Of a stretch of DNA of 64,000 nt, positions 36,092 through 47,747 are shown piece by piece. Positions within the stretch are counted from its first letter, which is position 1. Each line of letters begins with the position of its first letter. The stretch spans positions 17,489,391 to 17,553,390 of the forward strand of contig NC_068984.1 of assembly GCF_001194135.2 (NCBI RefSeq), read 5' to 3'. The stretch is from Octopus bimaculoides. Lineage: Eukaryota. Under the pieces are notes generated by a model, which ran no database searches, had not been told where the DNA came from, and saw nothing but the letters and a program-made list of their open reading frames with translations. The position numbers were made by a program, and so were the translations under genes.

Positions 36092-36528
36092 AAGGTGGCT
36101 AGCTGGCAGAAACGTTAGCACACCGGGTGAAATGCTTAGCGGTATTTTGTCTGCCGTTACGTTCTGAGTTCAAATTCTGCTGAGGTCGACTTTGCCTGTC
36201 ATCCTTTCGGGGGTCGATAAAATAAGTACCAGTTACGCACTGGGATCGATTTAATCGACTTAATCCCTTTGTCTGTCCTTGTTTGTCCCCTCTATGTTTA
36301 GCCCCTTGTGAGCAATAAAGAAATAAGAAACATTAGCATGCCGGGTGGAATGCTTAGCTGTATTTCGTCTGTCTTTACATTCTGAGTTCAAATTCTGCCG
36401 AGGTTAACTTTGCCTTTCATCCTTTCGTGGTCGATAAACTAAGTACCAGTTGCATAATGGAGTTGATCTAATCGACTGGCCTCCTCCCTCCAAAATTTCG
36501 GGCCTTGTGCCTAGAAAAGAAAAGATTC
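36092..36528 (+). mobile_element. SINE family B, dimeric long form
   Basis: ggtggctagctggcagaaacgttagca..gagttcaaattc twice; tail gggccttgtgcctag. Confidence 0.92.
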
Positions 36529-36549
36529 TCATTGTCATCACTGTTGTTG

Positions 36550-36660
36550 TAACGTCCATTTTCCATGCATGCATGGGTCAGATGGAGTTTATTGAGACAG
36601 ATTTTCTATAGCTGGATGCCCTTCCTGTTACCAACACTTAGCTGTTTCCAGGCAAGGTAA
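36550..36660 (-). mobile_element. Repeat family C-related fragment
   Basis: aacgtccattttccatgc..gctggatgcccttcctgttaccaac. Confidence 0.7.
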
Positions 36661-36794
36661 TATTTCTCCCTAACCAGGGATGCTTTTTCAGACTTTTGAA
36701 AATGAAGGACATTAATTTATAACAATCACATGATATCAGGACTACACACCTCACACACTACAAGCACACACACACACACACACACACACACGAA

Positions 36795-37135
36795 ATAAGG
36801 TGCATGGTTCAGTGTTTAGAGCATTAGGTTCACAATCACGAGGTAGTGTGTTCAGTTCTTGGACTGGGCTGTGTGGTTTTGCTCTTGAGCAAGACACTCT
36901 ATTTTATGTTGCTCCTGTCCACTCAGTTGCAGAAATGAGTTGCGATGTCATTACTGCCAAGCTGTATCGGTCTTTGCCTTTCCCTTGGATAACACTGGTG
37001 GCGTGGAGAGGGGAGGTTGGTATGCATGGGTGACAGCTAGTCTTCCATAAACAACCTTGCCCAGACTTGTACCTCAGAGGGTAACTTTCTAGATGCAATC
37101 CCATGGTCCTTCATGACCGAAGGATGTCTTTACTT
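36795..37135 (+). mobile_element. SINE family E, full-length
   Basis: Colinear with 20187-20530. Confidence 0.88.
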
Positions 37136-37140
37136 ACTTT

Positions 37141-37172
<32 letters not shown>

Positions 37173-37174
37173 TA

Positions 37175-37285
37175 CAATGGTATTCTTTGAGTTTCAATCT
37201 ATAAGATCCACTCATGAGGTTTTGATAGGCCTGAACTTAAAACCATGTGGTTGGGAAACAAACTTCTTAAATGCGCAGCCATATC
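37175..37285 (-). mobile_element. SINE family A fragment
   Basis: gatccactcatgaggttttg..accatgtggttgggaaac. Confidence 0.6.
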
Positions 37286-38491
37286 TGAGGAACAATCAAC
37301 ACCTAAACGAGTATTAATTCTAAGTGTTTCTTTCAAATTTCATTTCCCTTAACTTCTGTTCAAAGACTGGAGAAACCACAATCTAAGAGCCACTTATTTT
37401 TTTGGGGTACTATTTTCAGCCTGTTCTCTATTTGACTACTAATCCATAATCTGCCATAATAATTTGTCACTCTAATAATAGTATACTGGCCAAGAAAGAT
37501 AATTAATAACTTATAGATTGTATGCAAATGCCAAAAAAAAAAAAAAAAAAATGCAATTATGCTTTTAATTAATTTATATAGTACATTTTATTTTATATGA
37601 TAAATATTTTAGCATGTGACCTCCCAGGATCTTGATTAAATGAATTAAAATCTTTTGATGTTAAAAAAAAGAGGTTCCTGGAGGTTTCTAACCTCTGCTT
37701 TAATCAATTGGAAAAAATCTTTTGAAGAAAATTCCTCTGCAGTTTCATGAAAGTTCATAGGTAGTCTACAATGCCCTGGGACAAACATCCATCTCACAGA
37801 ATTTTAGAGACTATTTCTTGCTTATTCTTAGATCAAACTTTGACCTTTCCTTTAAAGAAACGTGAATACATTTAATGGAATTTAATGNNNNNNNNNNNNN
37901 NNNNNNNNNNNNNNNNNNNNNNNNNNNNNNNNNNNNNNNNNNNNNNNNNNNNNNNNNNNNNNNNNNNNNNNNNNNNNNNNNNNNNNNNNNNNNNNNNNNN
38001 NNNNNNNNNNNNNNNNNNNNNNNNNNNNNNNNNNNNNNNNNNNNNNNNNNNNNNNNNNNNNNNNNNNNNNNNNNNNNNNNNNNNNNNNNNNNNNNNNNNN
38101 NNNNNNNNNNNNNNNNNNNNNNNNNNNNNNNNNNNNNNNNNNNNNNNNNNNNNNNNNNNNNNNNNNNNNNNNNNNNNNNNNNNNNNNNNNNNNNNNNNNN
38201 NNNNNNNNNNNNNNNNNNNNNNNNNNNNNNNNNNNNNNNNNNNNNNNNNNNNNNNNNNNNNNNNNNNNNNNNNNNNNNNNNNNNNNNNNNNNNNNNNNNN
38301 NAGCAATGAGAAAATGGAGGAGAATATGCGGTATTCATCGACTTGCAGACAAAATCTTCCGTTGATTAATTTGTTTATTTTATAACTAAATTGACAAAAA
38401 CCCCAATATACAGATACTTATGACATACCATGTCATATTAACAATTAAGGTTACAAATATAAAGGACATTTAGCAATTGGCGAAGGAGCAG

Positions 38492-38626
38492 AAACTTACA
38501 GCTGTTTCGGCCTAGCGTTGGCATGTCCCATTCTATCTCTATAGCTCCTGTTCGCTGGAGTAATCAGTAGATGAAAATGATGTAATGGGGGTATATGCAT
38601 GATTCGCTAGGCCTCTTCAGAGATTT
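38492..38626 (-). ncRNA. Type I hammerhead ribozyme motif with a long stem II insertion
   Basis: rc: aaatct CUGAAGA GGCCUAGCG [87 nt] CGCUAGGCC GAAA CAGCUG UA agtttc; perfect 9-bp stem II, palindromic ACAGCUGU stem III, GUA triplet. Confidence 0.78.
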
Positions 38627-38984
38627 ACAAAATTCACTACAAATATAAAATAAAAAAGTAAAAATATAAAAAATGAAAATATAAGAATATAAGGCACATA
38701 AAAAAGCTTACAAACAGTATATAAAACCATATAAATAGTTATAAACATTCCAGTATACATGCCTATGCCTGTATACATAACCATACGTAGATATCTATGG
38801 ATACAAAAGCATAGATAGATGAGTACATATGTGTGTCCAGATGCACATATACAGATGGCTGTACATGCACATGTATAAGATTATAAAGTCTGTAGATGAG
38901 ATATTGTCACATCAAAGTAGATATGTGATGTAAAATATAAAACTTATTGATTTTAATAGTTTTCACACTGATAAGGCAACCAAC

Positions 38985-39185
38985 TGACAGAATCATTAAG
39001 TATTTTGGACAAAATACTTAGAGGCATTTTTTCTGGCTCATTATGTTCTGAGCTCAAATACCATTAAGGTCAACTTTGTCATTAACCCTTTCAGAGTCGA
39101 TAAAATAAAGTACCAGGGAAGAACTGGGGTCAATGTAATCAACTCTTCCCACCGCATTTGCTAATCTTGCACTAAAATACAAAAC
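38985..39185 (+). mobile_element. SINE family B, diverged
   Basis: tgacagaatcattaag..ctgagctcaaat..gtcgataaaataaagtaccag. Confidence 0.75.
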
Positions 39186-40071
39186 AATATTTTTCACCCC
39201 GATCTTTACTTATTTCTTTATACTACAATGAATTTATTGACAAAATATTTTGATGCATAACGTATCTTTAACATTTTTTGGTCATATTCCTCTGCATGGA
39301 CCATTATATTGTTTGCAAGTTATTGAAATTCTATTTGCAGAAATGCCATTTTTTTTCTCTTGGGAACAAACATGAAAAAATTCCATCTTTAGAACAAATA
39401 TTCAAAAAAAAAAAGAAAAGACTATTCTGTCAACGTTGTTTCATGAACAAAGTGTAAAGGTTATAAGTTTTTAAATGAGTGGGATGCAAAATACAGTTGT
39501 GTGCGTATTCAGGTGGAATATGCACTCATCCACATCGGCAAGCAAAAATGTAAAAAACGCAAAAAAGAAAGAAAAATAAAAGAAGAAAGAAAGATGGCAG
39601 ATGTTCTCTAAGAACAGGAAGTTAAACATGAAATTGATTAATTTTTCTCTTAAGAATTATATGACTACTACTTGAAGTATTCCAGTGCAAGTGGAAGTCC
39701 GTCAGTTACTCGTAGTTGCTAATGGTGACCAAGCCACAAATATAAACTACTGCATATTAATTGATTAATGCATACATGCAAAAAAACAAAACAAAACAAA
39801 AAACACATCCATACAAAAATAAATATAATTTTAAATGAAACCATCCTAGTTAAGTAACAGAGTACTTTGCTATAAATTTACCTTTAATGATTCACTAGAA
39901 ACTAAATTATCCATAAAAATATTCTCTTGTGTATCCTGACTGATTGGAAATAATTATGTAAAAGCAAATCATGACTCAAAATTACTTTTGTATCTCAGAC
40001 ACTGATATAATAATTACTGTTGTTGTTATTATTACCAAACGAATGACGGTGAACTGGCAGAATCATTAGTA

Positions 40072-40240
40072 TGCGTAGGAGTGGCTGTGTGGTAAGTAGC
40101 TTGCTTACCAACCACATGGTTCCGGGTTCAGTCCCACTGTGTGGCACCTTGGGCAAGAGTCTTCTACTATAGCCTCGGGCCGACCAAAGCCTTGTGAGTG
40201 GATTTGGTAGATGGAAACTGAAAAAAGCCTGTCGTATATA
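40072..40240 (+). mobile_element. SINE family A head half
   Basis: Near-consensus tRNA head and CORE-like segment. Confidence 0.88.
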
Positions 40241-40244
40241 TGCC

Positions 40245-40488
40245 AGATTTGTTTGGCGACCTCTTATTTCTTTATTGCCGACAAGGGGCTAAACATAGAG
40301 AGGACAAACAAGGACAGACAAAAAGATTAAGTCGATTACATCGACCCCAGTGCGAAACTAGTACTTAATTTATCGACCCCGAAAGGATGAAAGGCAAAGT
40401 CGACCTCGGCGGAATTTGAACTCAGAACGTAACGGCAGACGAAATAGCGCTAAGCATTTCGCCCGGTGTGCTAACGTTTCTGCCAGTG
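40245..40488 (-). mobile_element. SINE family B (linker plus head monomer), young
   Basis: CpG-rich: gtcgacctcggcggaatttgaactcagaacgtaacggcagacgaaat. Confidence 0.9.
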
Positions 40489-40489
40489 A

Positions 40490-42582
40490 CCTCTTGGCAG
40501 ATGTCTACCACAAGTGAGAACAGAACAGAAGAATTCCTAGTGCTGTTAGCAGAGGTGTGGTGACACTGCTGAAGAAGGACACCAACAATAGGGATGTACT
40601 AGAGAATTTTGGGCCCATAACTCTGCTAAAAACAGAGTTTAAGATTTTGGCCAATGTGTTAGTGAAAAGGCTTGTCAGTAGCCTGGTTAAAAAAGCGCAC
40701 ATGTGCTCAATCCTGAGCAGGTCTATCCACGAGAACCTCTACTTTATGCAATACATCATAGAGGAGGCTGGGACCAAAAGCTGGCTTCAGGGGTGCTCTG
40801 GTCAATTTGGATCAATCAAAAGCATTCAATAGGGTTGACCATCGTTACTTGGAAGCCATCCTGAAAGCAGGTGATTTTGGACCCATTCTCAGAGGCTGGA
40901 TTGCTGCAATACCCAGTGGCACCTGTTCAATGATCAAAGTAAATGGCCATCTATTGGAGCCATTTGGCATCGATTTCTCAGTCCATCAGAGCTTCCCAGT
41001 GTCACCTCTTCTTATGTATTGACACTCAAGCCACTGCTGTGGAAGTTGGAACAACTAAGGAGCAACCCTTTTGAACTGGGACAAGGAAGGGCAGTGTCAG
41101 CATACATGGATGACGTCACCATCATTGTGTGGGACACCTCCGAAGTGGAGATGGCACCATCCAAAAGAAAGAATATAAGTTGGTTGCAGGGGTTAAAATC
41201 AATGCTGACAAATCGGTGGGTTTGTGGTTGGGCTCCTGGAGAGCCAGGATGATGCCATCATATGCTGGACCAACAGACCAGTTAAACTGCCTGAGTCTGG
41301 TTTGGTCCCAAATTCCAGGTTGATAAGAACTGGGATGAGGTTGCGAACAGGGTGGCCAGTCTTATCCAGAAATAGGCTGAGAGAAAGCTGTCCCTGAAAG
41401 CTCAGGTAGAGGTGGTGAATGCTTATCTATTATCATTTATCACTTTGCCATTGTGCATTCTCCCGGTTACTGCTTGACCAGCCTGGAGTGTCTCTTATTT
41501 AAATTCTTGTGGAAAGGATGCGTTCCTATGGTCAGGCAGTCAGCCTGTTGCCAGCATCCTCTGAGTGGCAGATTAGGTATGGTGTGGCTCCTAATGCACA
41601 GACTTACTCTTAGGTTATGTCACCTGCAATGATTTCTGGATGCTGAGCATGTGTGCGCTCCGGTTGTGAGGCTTATCTCTCCACAGCTCATCTCTGTGAT
41701 GGAGATGCAATTCTGGGTGAAGAAAAGACTGAGACTGGGCACCTGGCACCTTGAATGCTGTCAGGTGCTCACAGCCCTCTACCAGTTGGGCAATGGGGTT
41801 GGTGGATGTTCTGCATTAGAAATTTATAGAGGATTAGTGGTGGGGAAGTGTGACAACGTTCACGGAGAGATTTTGGATGCCAATGAGGACAAAGTGGTTA
41901 ATCTGTTGTCAGATGGATTTGTCTGATGTGCATGCAGAGTGACGAAACCATTCTGCATGCCCTCGTTCAGTGTCTGGGCATTGCTGACTTGTTGGGTTAT
42001 GTCAGCTGCTGTCACATGTGGGACAGATCCATCTGTCAGCTGAGTCTATACTGATAATCACCGCCGCACCTTCCTTCAATTGGGAAGGCAAAGTAGTTTT
42101 CCTTTGCTTGGTGGCTGTGGCAAAAGAGGCATGAGGACAGATACTTTCCTCTTTGGTAGAGCTTTCATTGACTTCTTCAAGTTTCACTTGAAAAGGAAAT
42201 TGAGAGTGGAGAGGGAAGTGCTGTCCTCAAGTGAGTTTATTGAAAGGTGAGTGAAAGTTGCAAAAATGGCAAGAGTGGATGGTACCTCTTTCAGTGTAGA
42301 CCTGTATGTTGGAGAGAAGGAATTGGAGAGGGCACTTGGTCTTGGAGTTTCAGGGAAATCTTGAACAGTAGGGTTCCTTGATTATCACTAGAAGCCTTCC
42401 TGTATCAGGAGTGCCACATCTCTATCATCCTTCTCACCAATTGTCCCTTCTTCTTCAGTGTATTCTGTACATACTTAATTTCTTTTTATTATCATTTCAT
42501 TATATGTAAACCCCAACACTTTATGTCTGTCTTTGTATTGTCCCCCTCATCCTTTGCCCTTGTGGCAAATAAATGAAATCAT
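40490..42582 (+). mobile_element. 5'-truncated L1/Tx1-like LINE, decayed RT and C-terminal zinc finger
   Basis: GVVTLLKKD, FGPITLLKTEFKILA, DQSKAFNRVDH, SAYMDDVTI (YxDD), CMQSDETILHALVQC; 3' end ccttgtggcaaataaa. Confidence 0.88.
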
Positions 42583-42604
42583 CGTCATCATCATCATCAT
42601 CATT

Positions 42605-42835
42605 ATTGAGTGAGAGAGTAGCACATGCCATCAAAGTGACGCTGGGATAAAATATACGGAGCCCATTGTACCCATCATGACTACCCATCTAATAAGGGTA
42701 CACCAGGCTCATACATCACAACCATATGTGTGCAACGTGGTGACCTCATATTAAGATAAACAGCACATGACCTTGCAAGTGGAGCCCAGATTAGATTTTT
42801 CTTCAGGTCAAATAGCCCATCTTGCCCAAATGGTA
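42605..42835. repeat. Dispersed repeat family F
   Basis: Reverse-complement homolog of 61868-62225 (catgaccttgcaagtggagccca..ttttcttcaggtc). Confidence 0.8.
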
Positions 42836-42924
42836 GAGTATTTTGGCTGGATATCGTTGGTTTAAAGGCTAAAAGGTTAATGGTCTTTTTTGTAACACTA
42901 TTCTTCCTCTATTATCTCATATTG

Positions 42925-43040
42925 GTACACGTGTCTGTGGAGTTCTCAGCCACTTGCACGTTAATTTCACGAGCAGGCTGTTCCGTTGATCGGATCAACT
43001 GGAACCCTCGACGTCGTAAGCGACGGAGTGCCAACCAAAC
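42925..43040 (+). mobile_element. SINE family D 3' tail
   Basis: Matches 3762-3880 (gtacacgtgtctgtggag..cgacggagtgccaac). Confidence 0.88.
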
Positions 43041-43311
43041 CATCCCATATTGGTCTTGTCTATTCTTCGTCTACTTATTTATCTTTTATCAGTCTCGTCA
43101 GCCACCATCAGAAGCAATGTACTGGAGGCAGAAGAGGATAAATGTGTTGAACTGATGTTGTCATCATCTTTGATGAACTGTCATAAGCTATATAAGCTTC
43201 CTCTACAATTACTGCTTATCGTTTTTGAAATTTGAATAAATTTTTATCTTTTTCAGACTTATGAAGATGGAGTGCCAAATAGAAGACAGAAAAGAAAAAA
43301 AACACCTCCTC

Positions 43312-43487
43312 ACTCTTTCTCTTTTCTCTTTTAGTTGTTTCAGTCATTTGACTGCAGCCATGCTGGAGCACCGCCNNNNNNNNNNNNNNNNNNNNNNNNN
43401 NNNNNNNNNNNNNNNNNNNNNNNNNNNNNNNNNNNNNNNNNNNNNNNNNNNNNNNNNNNNNNNNNNNNNNNNNNNTCCTGCGCCTAT
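43312..43487 (-). mobile_element. SINE family A spanning a gap
   Basis: Tail before the Ns, tcctgcgccta after. Confidence 0.8.
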
Positions 43488-43544
43488 GCTGCCACAAAAA
43501 AAAAAAGACAAAACAACAACAAAAATCAGTTTAATTTGAAACCA

Positions 43545-43762
43545 CATTAACAGAATTGCTAGTATTGCACAAAATATTTTGTGTTATCCCATTACAACCC
43601 TTTAAGTCCTGAGTTCAAACTCAAAGGAGGTCAACTTTACCTTTTATCTTTCTGCAGTCAATAAAACCAGTACCAGACACGTACTGGAATCAATCAGTAT
43701 AAATTGATTCTTTGGTGCTAAAAAAAGATTTTGGTCCTTGTGCTTATGTTAGAAAACTTTAT
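43545..43762 (+). mobile_element. SINE family B, diverged
   Basis: gagttcaaactc..gtcaactttacc..aataaaaccagtacc..ccttgtgc. Confidence 0.65.
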
Positions 43763-43964
43763 TACTACAACAATGATGAACCACTTATTTCTTGAAGCTA
43801 TTATTTTGCAAAAGTCTGCAGAACATTATATGTCTACTCATTGTTGCCATGTATTATTTAACCAGTAAATATTAATTCTTTGATCAAAGTATTTTGCGTC
43901 CATAAATTCCTCCATTATCATTGTCATCTATTACCAGCACCTTTTCATCCCAGACATTCTCCAC

Positions 43965-44017
43965 ATACATACATACATACATACATACATACATGAATAT
44001 ATACATACATACATACA

Positions 44018-44051
<34 letters not shown>

Positions 44052-44109
44052 CATACATATATACATACATATACATGAGTACATACACACACTTACATGC
44101 AGGCATACA

Positions 44110-44143
<34 letters not shown>

Positions 44144-45050
44144 CATACATATATACATACATATACATGAGTACATACACACACTTACATGCATACATAC
44201 ATACATACATATATACATACATACATACACACACACATACATACATACATACATGCATACATACACANNNNNNNNNNNNNNNNNNNNNNNNNNNNNNNNN
44301 NNNNNNNNNNNNNNNNNNNNNNNNNNNNNNNNNNNNNNNNNNNNNNNNNNNNNNNNNNNNNNNNNNNNNNNNNNNNNNNNNNNNNNNNNNNNNNNNNNNN
44401 NNNNNNNNNNNNNNNNNNNNNNNNNNNNNNNNNNNNNNNNNNNNNNNNNNNNNNNNNNNNNNNNNNNNNNNNNNNNNNNNNNNNNNNNNNNNNNNNNNNN
44501 NNNNNNNNNNNNNNNNNNNNNNNNNNNNNNNNNNNNNNNNNNNNNNNNNNNNNNNNNNNNNNNNNNNNNNNNNNNNNNNNNNNNNNNNNNNNNNNNNNNN
44601 NNNNNNNNNNNNNNNNNNNNNNNNNNNNNNNNNNNNNNNNNNNNNNNNNNNNNNNNNNNNNACGTACATATATATATAGACACACACACACACAAACATA
44701 CATACACACATACACACATACATACATACACATACATGCACACATATGCGCACACACACATGCACGCACACACACATACATAAACACACACATACATAAA
44801 CACACACATACATACTTACACACACATATGCACACACACACATACATAAACACACACATACATAAACACACACATACATACTTACACACACATATGCGCA
44901 CACACACATGCATGCGCACACACATACATAAACACACACATACATACTTACACACACATATGCGCACACATATATATAATTACGTATATATATATATACA
45001 CACACACATACACACACACACATACACACTCACATACGCACACATACACA
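43965..45050. repeat. (TACA)n/(CA)n compound microsatellite with higher-order duplications
   Basis: Direct read; contains a gap and repeated sub-blocks such as catacatacttacacacacatatg. Confidence 0.92.
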
Positions 45051-45169
45051 CAAATAGTTCTGATTATCATGCCTCATATACTTAATTACTTGATAAACAT
45101 TTCTCTTTGTTTTTCAAATTCACCTCATTAAATGCTGCATATTATAAAGATTACTATCTTTTCACTGGC

Positions 45170-45640
45170 CATCATCATTGTTGTTATCAACGCCACCACC
45201 ACCACTCCTTCTGCCACCATCCCCATCACCACCACTACCAAAACCATACCCACCACCACCACCATCACTACTACTGCCACCACCATCNNNNNNNNNNCAC
45301 CACCACCATTACTGCCACCACCACCACCACTACTGCCACCACCATCATCACTACCACTACCATACCACCACCACCACCACCACCTCCACTACTGCCACCA
45401 CTATCATCACTACTACCGCTACCACCACTACCAAAATCATACCCACCACCACCACTACCACTACTGCCACCACCATCACTACCACTACTGCCACCACCAT
45501 CACCACTACTACCACCATCACCATCATCATCCCTACTACCGCTAACACCATCACCACCACTGCTGATGCCACCCCACAATCACCACCACCACCACTACCA
45601 CCACCATAACTTTCGTCATCCTCGTCATTATTATTGTCAT
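45170..45640. repeat. (CAC/CAT/ACT)n low-complexity tract
   Basis: Direct read; internal block accactaccaaaa(c/t)catacccaccacc is duplicated. Confidence 0.9.
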
Positions 45641-45769
45641 CATTGTATGTATGTTTTCTCTTCTTGCTCTGGTTGTAAAGGTCTTGTGTAGCAAAGCATC
45701 TCATCACTTGCTGCTCTTCTTTGACATCTTCAGGAGGTTCAACTTTTCCGGGTCGGGTTTCATTACTCC

Positions 45770-45990
45770 GTTGCCAGTGCCACCTGACTGGCCCTTGTGC
45801 TGGTGGCACGTAAAAGCACCCACTACACTCTCGGAGTGGTTGGCATTAGGAAGGGCATCCAGCTGTAGAAACTCTGCCAGATCAGATTGAAGCTTGGTGC
45901 AGCCATCTGGTTCACCAGTTCTCGGTTAAATCGTCCAACCCATGCTAGCATGGAAAGCGGATGTTAAATGATGATGATGATGATGATGAT
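45770..45990 (+). mobile_element. Repeat family C
   Basis: One 5' unit, body and (GAT)n tail. Confidence 0.9.
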
Positions 45991-46483
45991 ACCGGTACTA
46001 TGAAACAGTGTATTGCATTGCATATTTTAGCCATAATACCTATAAAAAACATACAGAGACCCCACTGAAGGTATTGTTTATGTTTTAATATACCAAGGTA
46101 AGTATCTTTATGAGATAAGTAAGACAAGATAGTAAGATAATAGTTCGTTATCATTACAATGGTAACAAGGAATATTAGAAAATGTGCCACAACACCTTGG
46201 AAAACAATACAGGGGCCACACCAAAGTTATTGATTGAGTGTGTGGGCTTACGATGGTGTATTACTGAACTCTCTGGTTCGAGTTTGGGTGAGCAAGCATT
46301 GTGTCAATAGCATCGAGACACAATTTTTTCAGCCGGATTTTCGACCTTATTCCAAACCTCACCAGTTCTTCTTCCCAACTTTTTCGGATTCTAGTTGTCA
46401 AGACAAAGAAAATGATATCCTAACCCCGAAAATGGCCAGGGTGGTGCTTACAACACTCTGTTACTAAACACCTCATTTGTGAC

Positions 46484-46670
46484 ACAGCTCTATATTTAAG
46501 AGATGAGGAATTATGTACATTATTTACATCATTTAAAATTGACGGATATTTGTCTTCAGCATGTTTGTTGTTAACACAACGTTTCGGCTGAGATACCCTC
46601 CAGCCTTCATCAGGTGTCTTGGGGAAATTTCAAACCTGGGTTCTCATTCCTGAGGTATTTTTCGATGTTG
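46484..46670 (-). mobile_element. Hammerhead-bearing repeat (PLE-type terminus)
   Basis: Contains the HHR at 46573-46618; homologous to 21101-21207. Confidence 0.78.
46573..46618 (-). ncRNA. Minimal (dimer-type) type I hammerhead ribozyme motif
   Basis: rc: GACAC CUGAUGA A GGCUG..CAGCC GAAAC GUU GUGUU; stem I GACAC/GUGUU, palindromic AACGUU instead of a looped stem III. Confidence 0.72.
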
Positions 46671-46699
46671 TTGTAGTTGTTGCTGTTGTTGCTGTTGTT

Positions 46700-47042
46700 G
46701 TTAGTCGAGCAAATCGATCCCACGACTTATCCTTTGTAAGCCTAGTACTTATTCTATCGGTCTCTATTGCTGAACCGCTAAGTTACGGGGACGTATATAC
46801 AGCAGCATTGGTTGTCAAGCGATATTGGAGGGGGGGGGGCAAACACAGACACTCACACACATACACAAACACATATATGATGGTTTTCTTTTAGTTTCCA
46901 TCTATCAAATCCACTCACAAGGCTTTGCTCGGCCCAAGGCTATAGTAGAAGACACTTGCCCAAGGTGCCATGCAGTGGGACTGAACCCAGAACCATGTGG
47001 TTTGTAAGCAAGCTACTTACCACACAGCCACTCCTACGACTA
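46700..47042 (-). mobile_element. SINE family A
   Basis: ttagtcgagcaaatcga..cacaaggctttg..accacacagccactcct. Confidence 0.9.
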
Positions 47043-47173
47043 TACTTAAACAATACAGGATGGCCACGGCTGAAATTCTTTTGAGAATAAATCTCCTTGA
47101 TCAGAACTAACATAAAACTAAACAGCAACAATAACAACGATTATTATTATATAGCTTTTATATATTATACAAC

Positions 47174-47219
<46 letters not shown>

Positions 47220-47386
47220 GCTTTTATCTTTTACTTGCTTCAGTAATTAGTGAGAACTCAGATAATGAAATTACAATGGACATTGCTGCATCTTTAGTCA
47301 ATGTTTTCTGTTCCCTGATAATGCAATATCTGATTCATATCCTAATCTTGACAAAAATGTTTTGGAAAATTGTGTTAAGAATATAT

Positions 47387-47598
47387 GTATTATACTTGGT
47401 TAAGATGTAAGTATTATACTTGGTTAAGATGTAAGTATTATACTTGGTTAAAATGTAAGTATTATATTTGGTTAAGATGTAAGTATTATACTTGGTTAAA
47501 ATGTAAGTATTATACTTGGTTAAAATGTAAGTATTATACTTGGTTAAAATGTAAGTATTATACTTGGTTAAGATGTAAGTATTATACTTGGTTAAAAT
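47387..47598. repeat. 24-bp minisatellite (gtattatacttggttaa[g/a]atgtaa), about 9 copies
   Basis: Direct read; gives the YYTWL(R/K)CK repeat ORF. Confidence 0.95.
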
Positions 47599-47624
47599 AT
47601 TAGATTTCTATGAAAAATCATGAC

Positions 47625-47747
47625 TATCGCCCCTCCAAAATACCTAGTACCAATTCCTTTGGCTCAAGAGCCCTCTTGATATTTACGATTCCCCTGTGAG
47701 CTGGCAGTGACCTGAAGAGGGTTCACTGATTGGGTTAAGAACCACTG
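47625..47747. mobile_element. Possible hAT/Charlie-like terminus
   Basis: gggttaagaaccactg is the rc of the CAGTGGTTCTTAACC-type TIR; partner TIR not found. Confidence 0.38.

Noticed and set aside
47385-47603. CRISPR-like array or YYTWLKCK repeat protein
   Set aside because: Units are head-to-tail with no unique spacers, no cas genes, eukaryotic context; a simple minisatellite.
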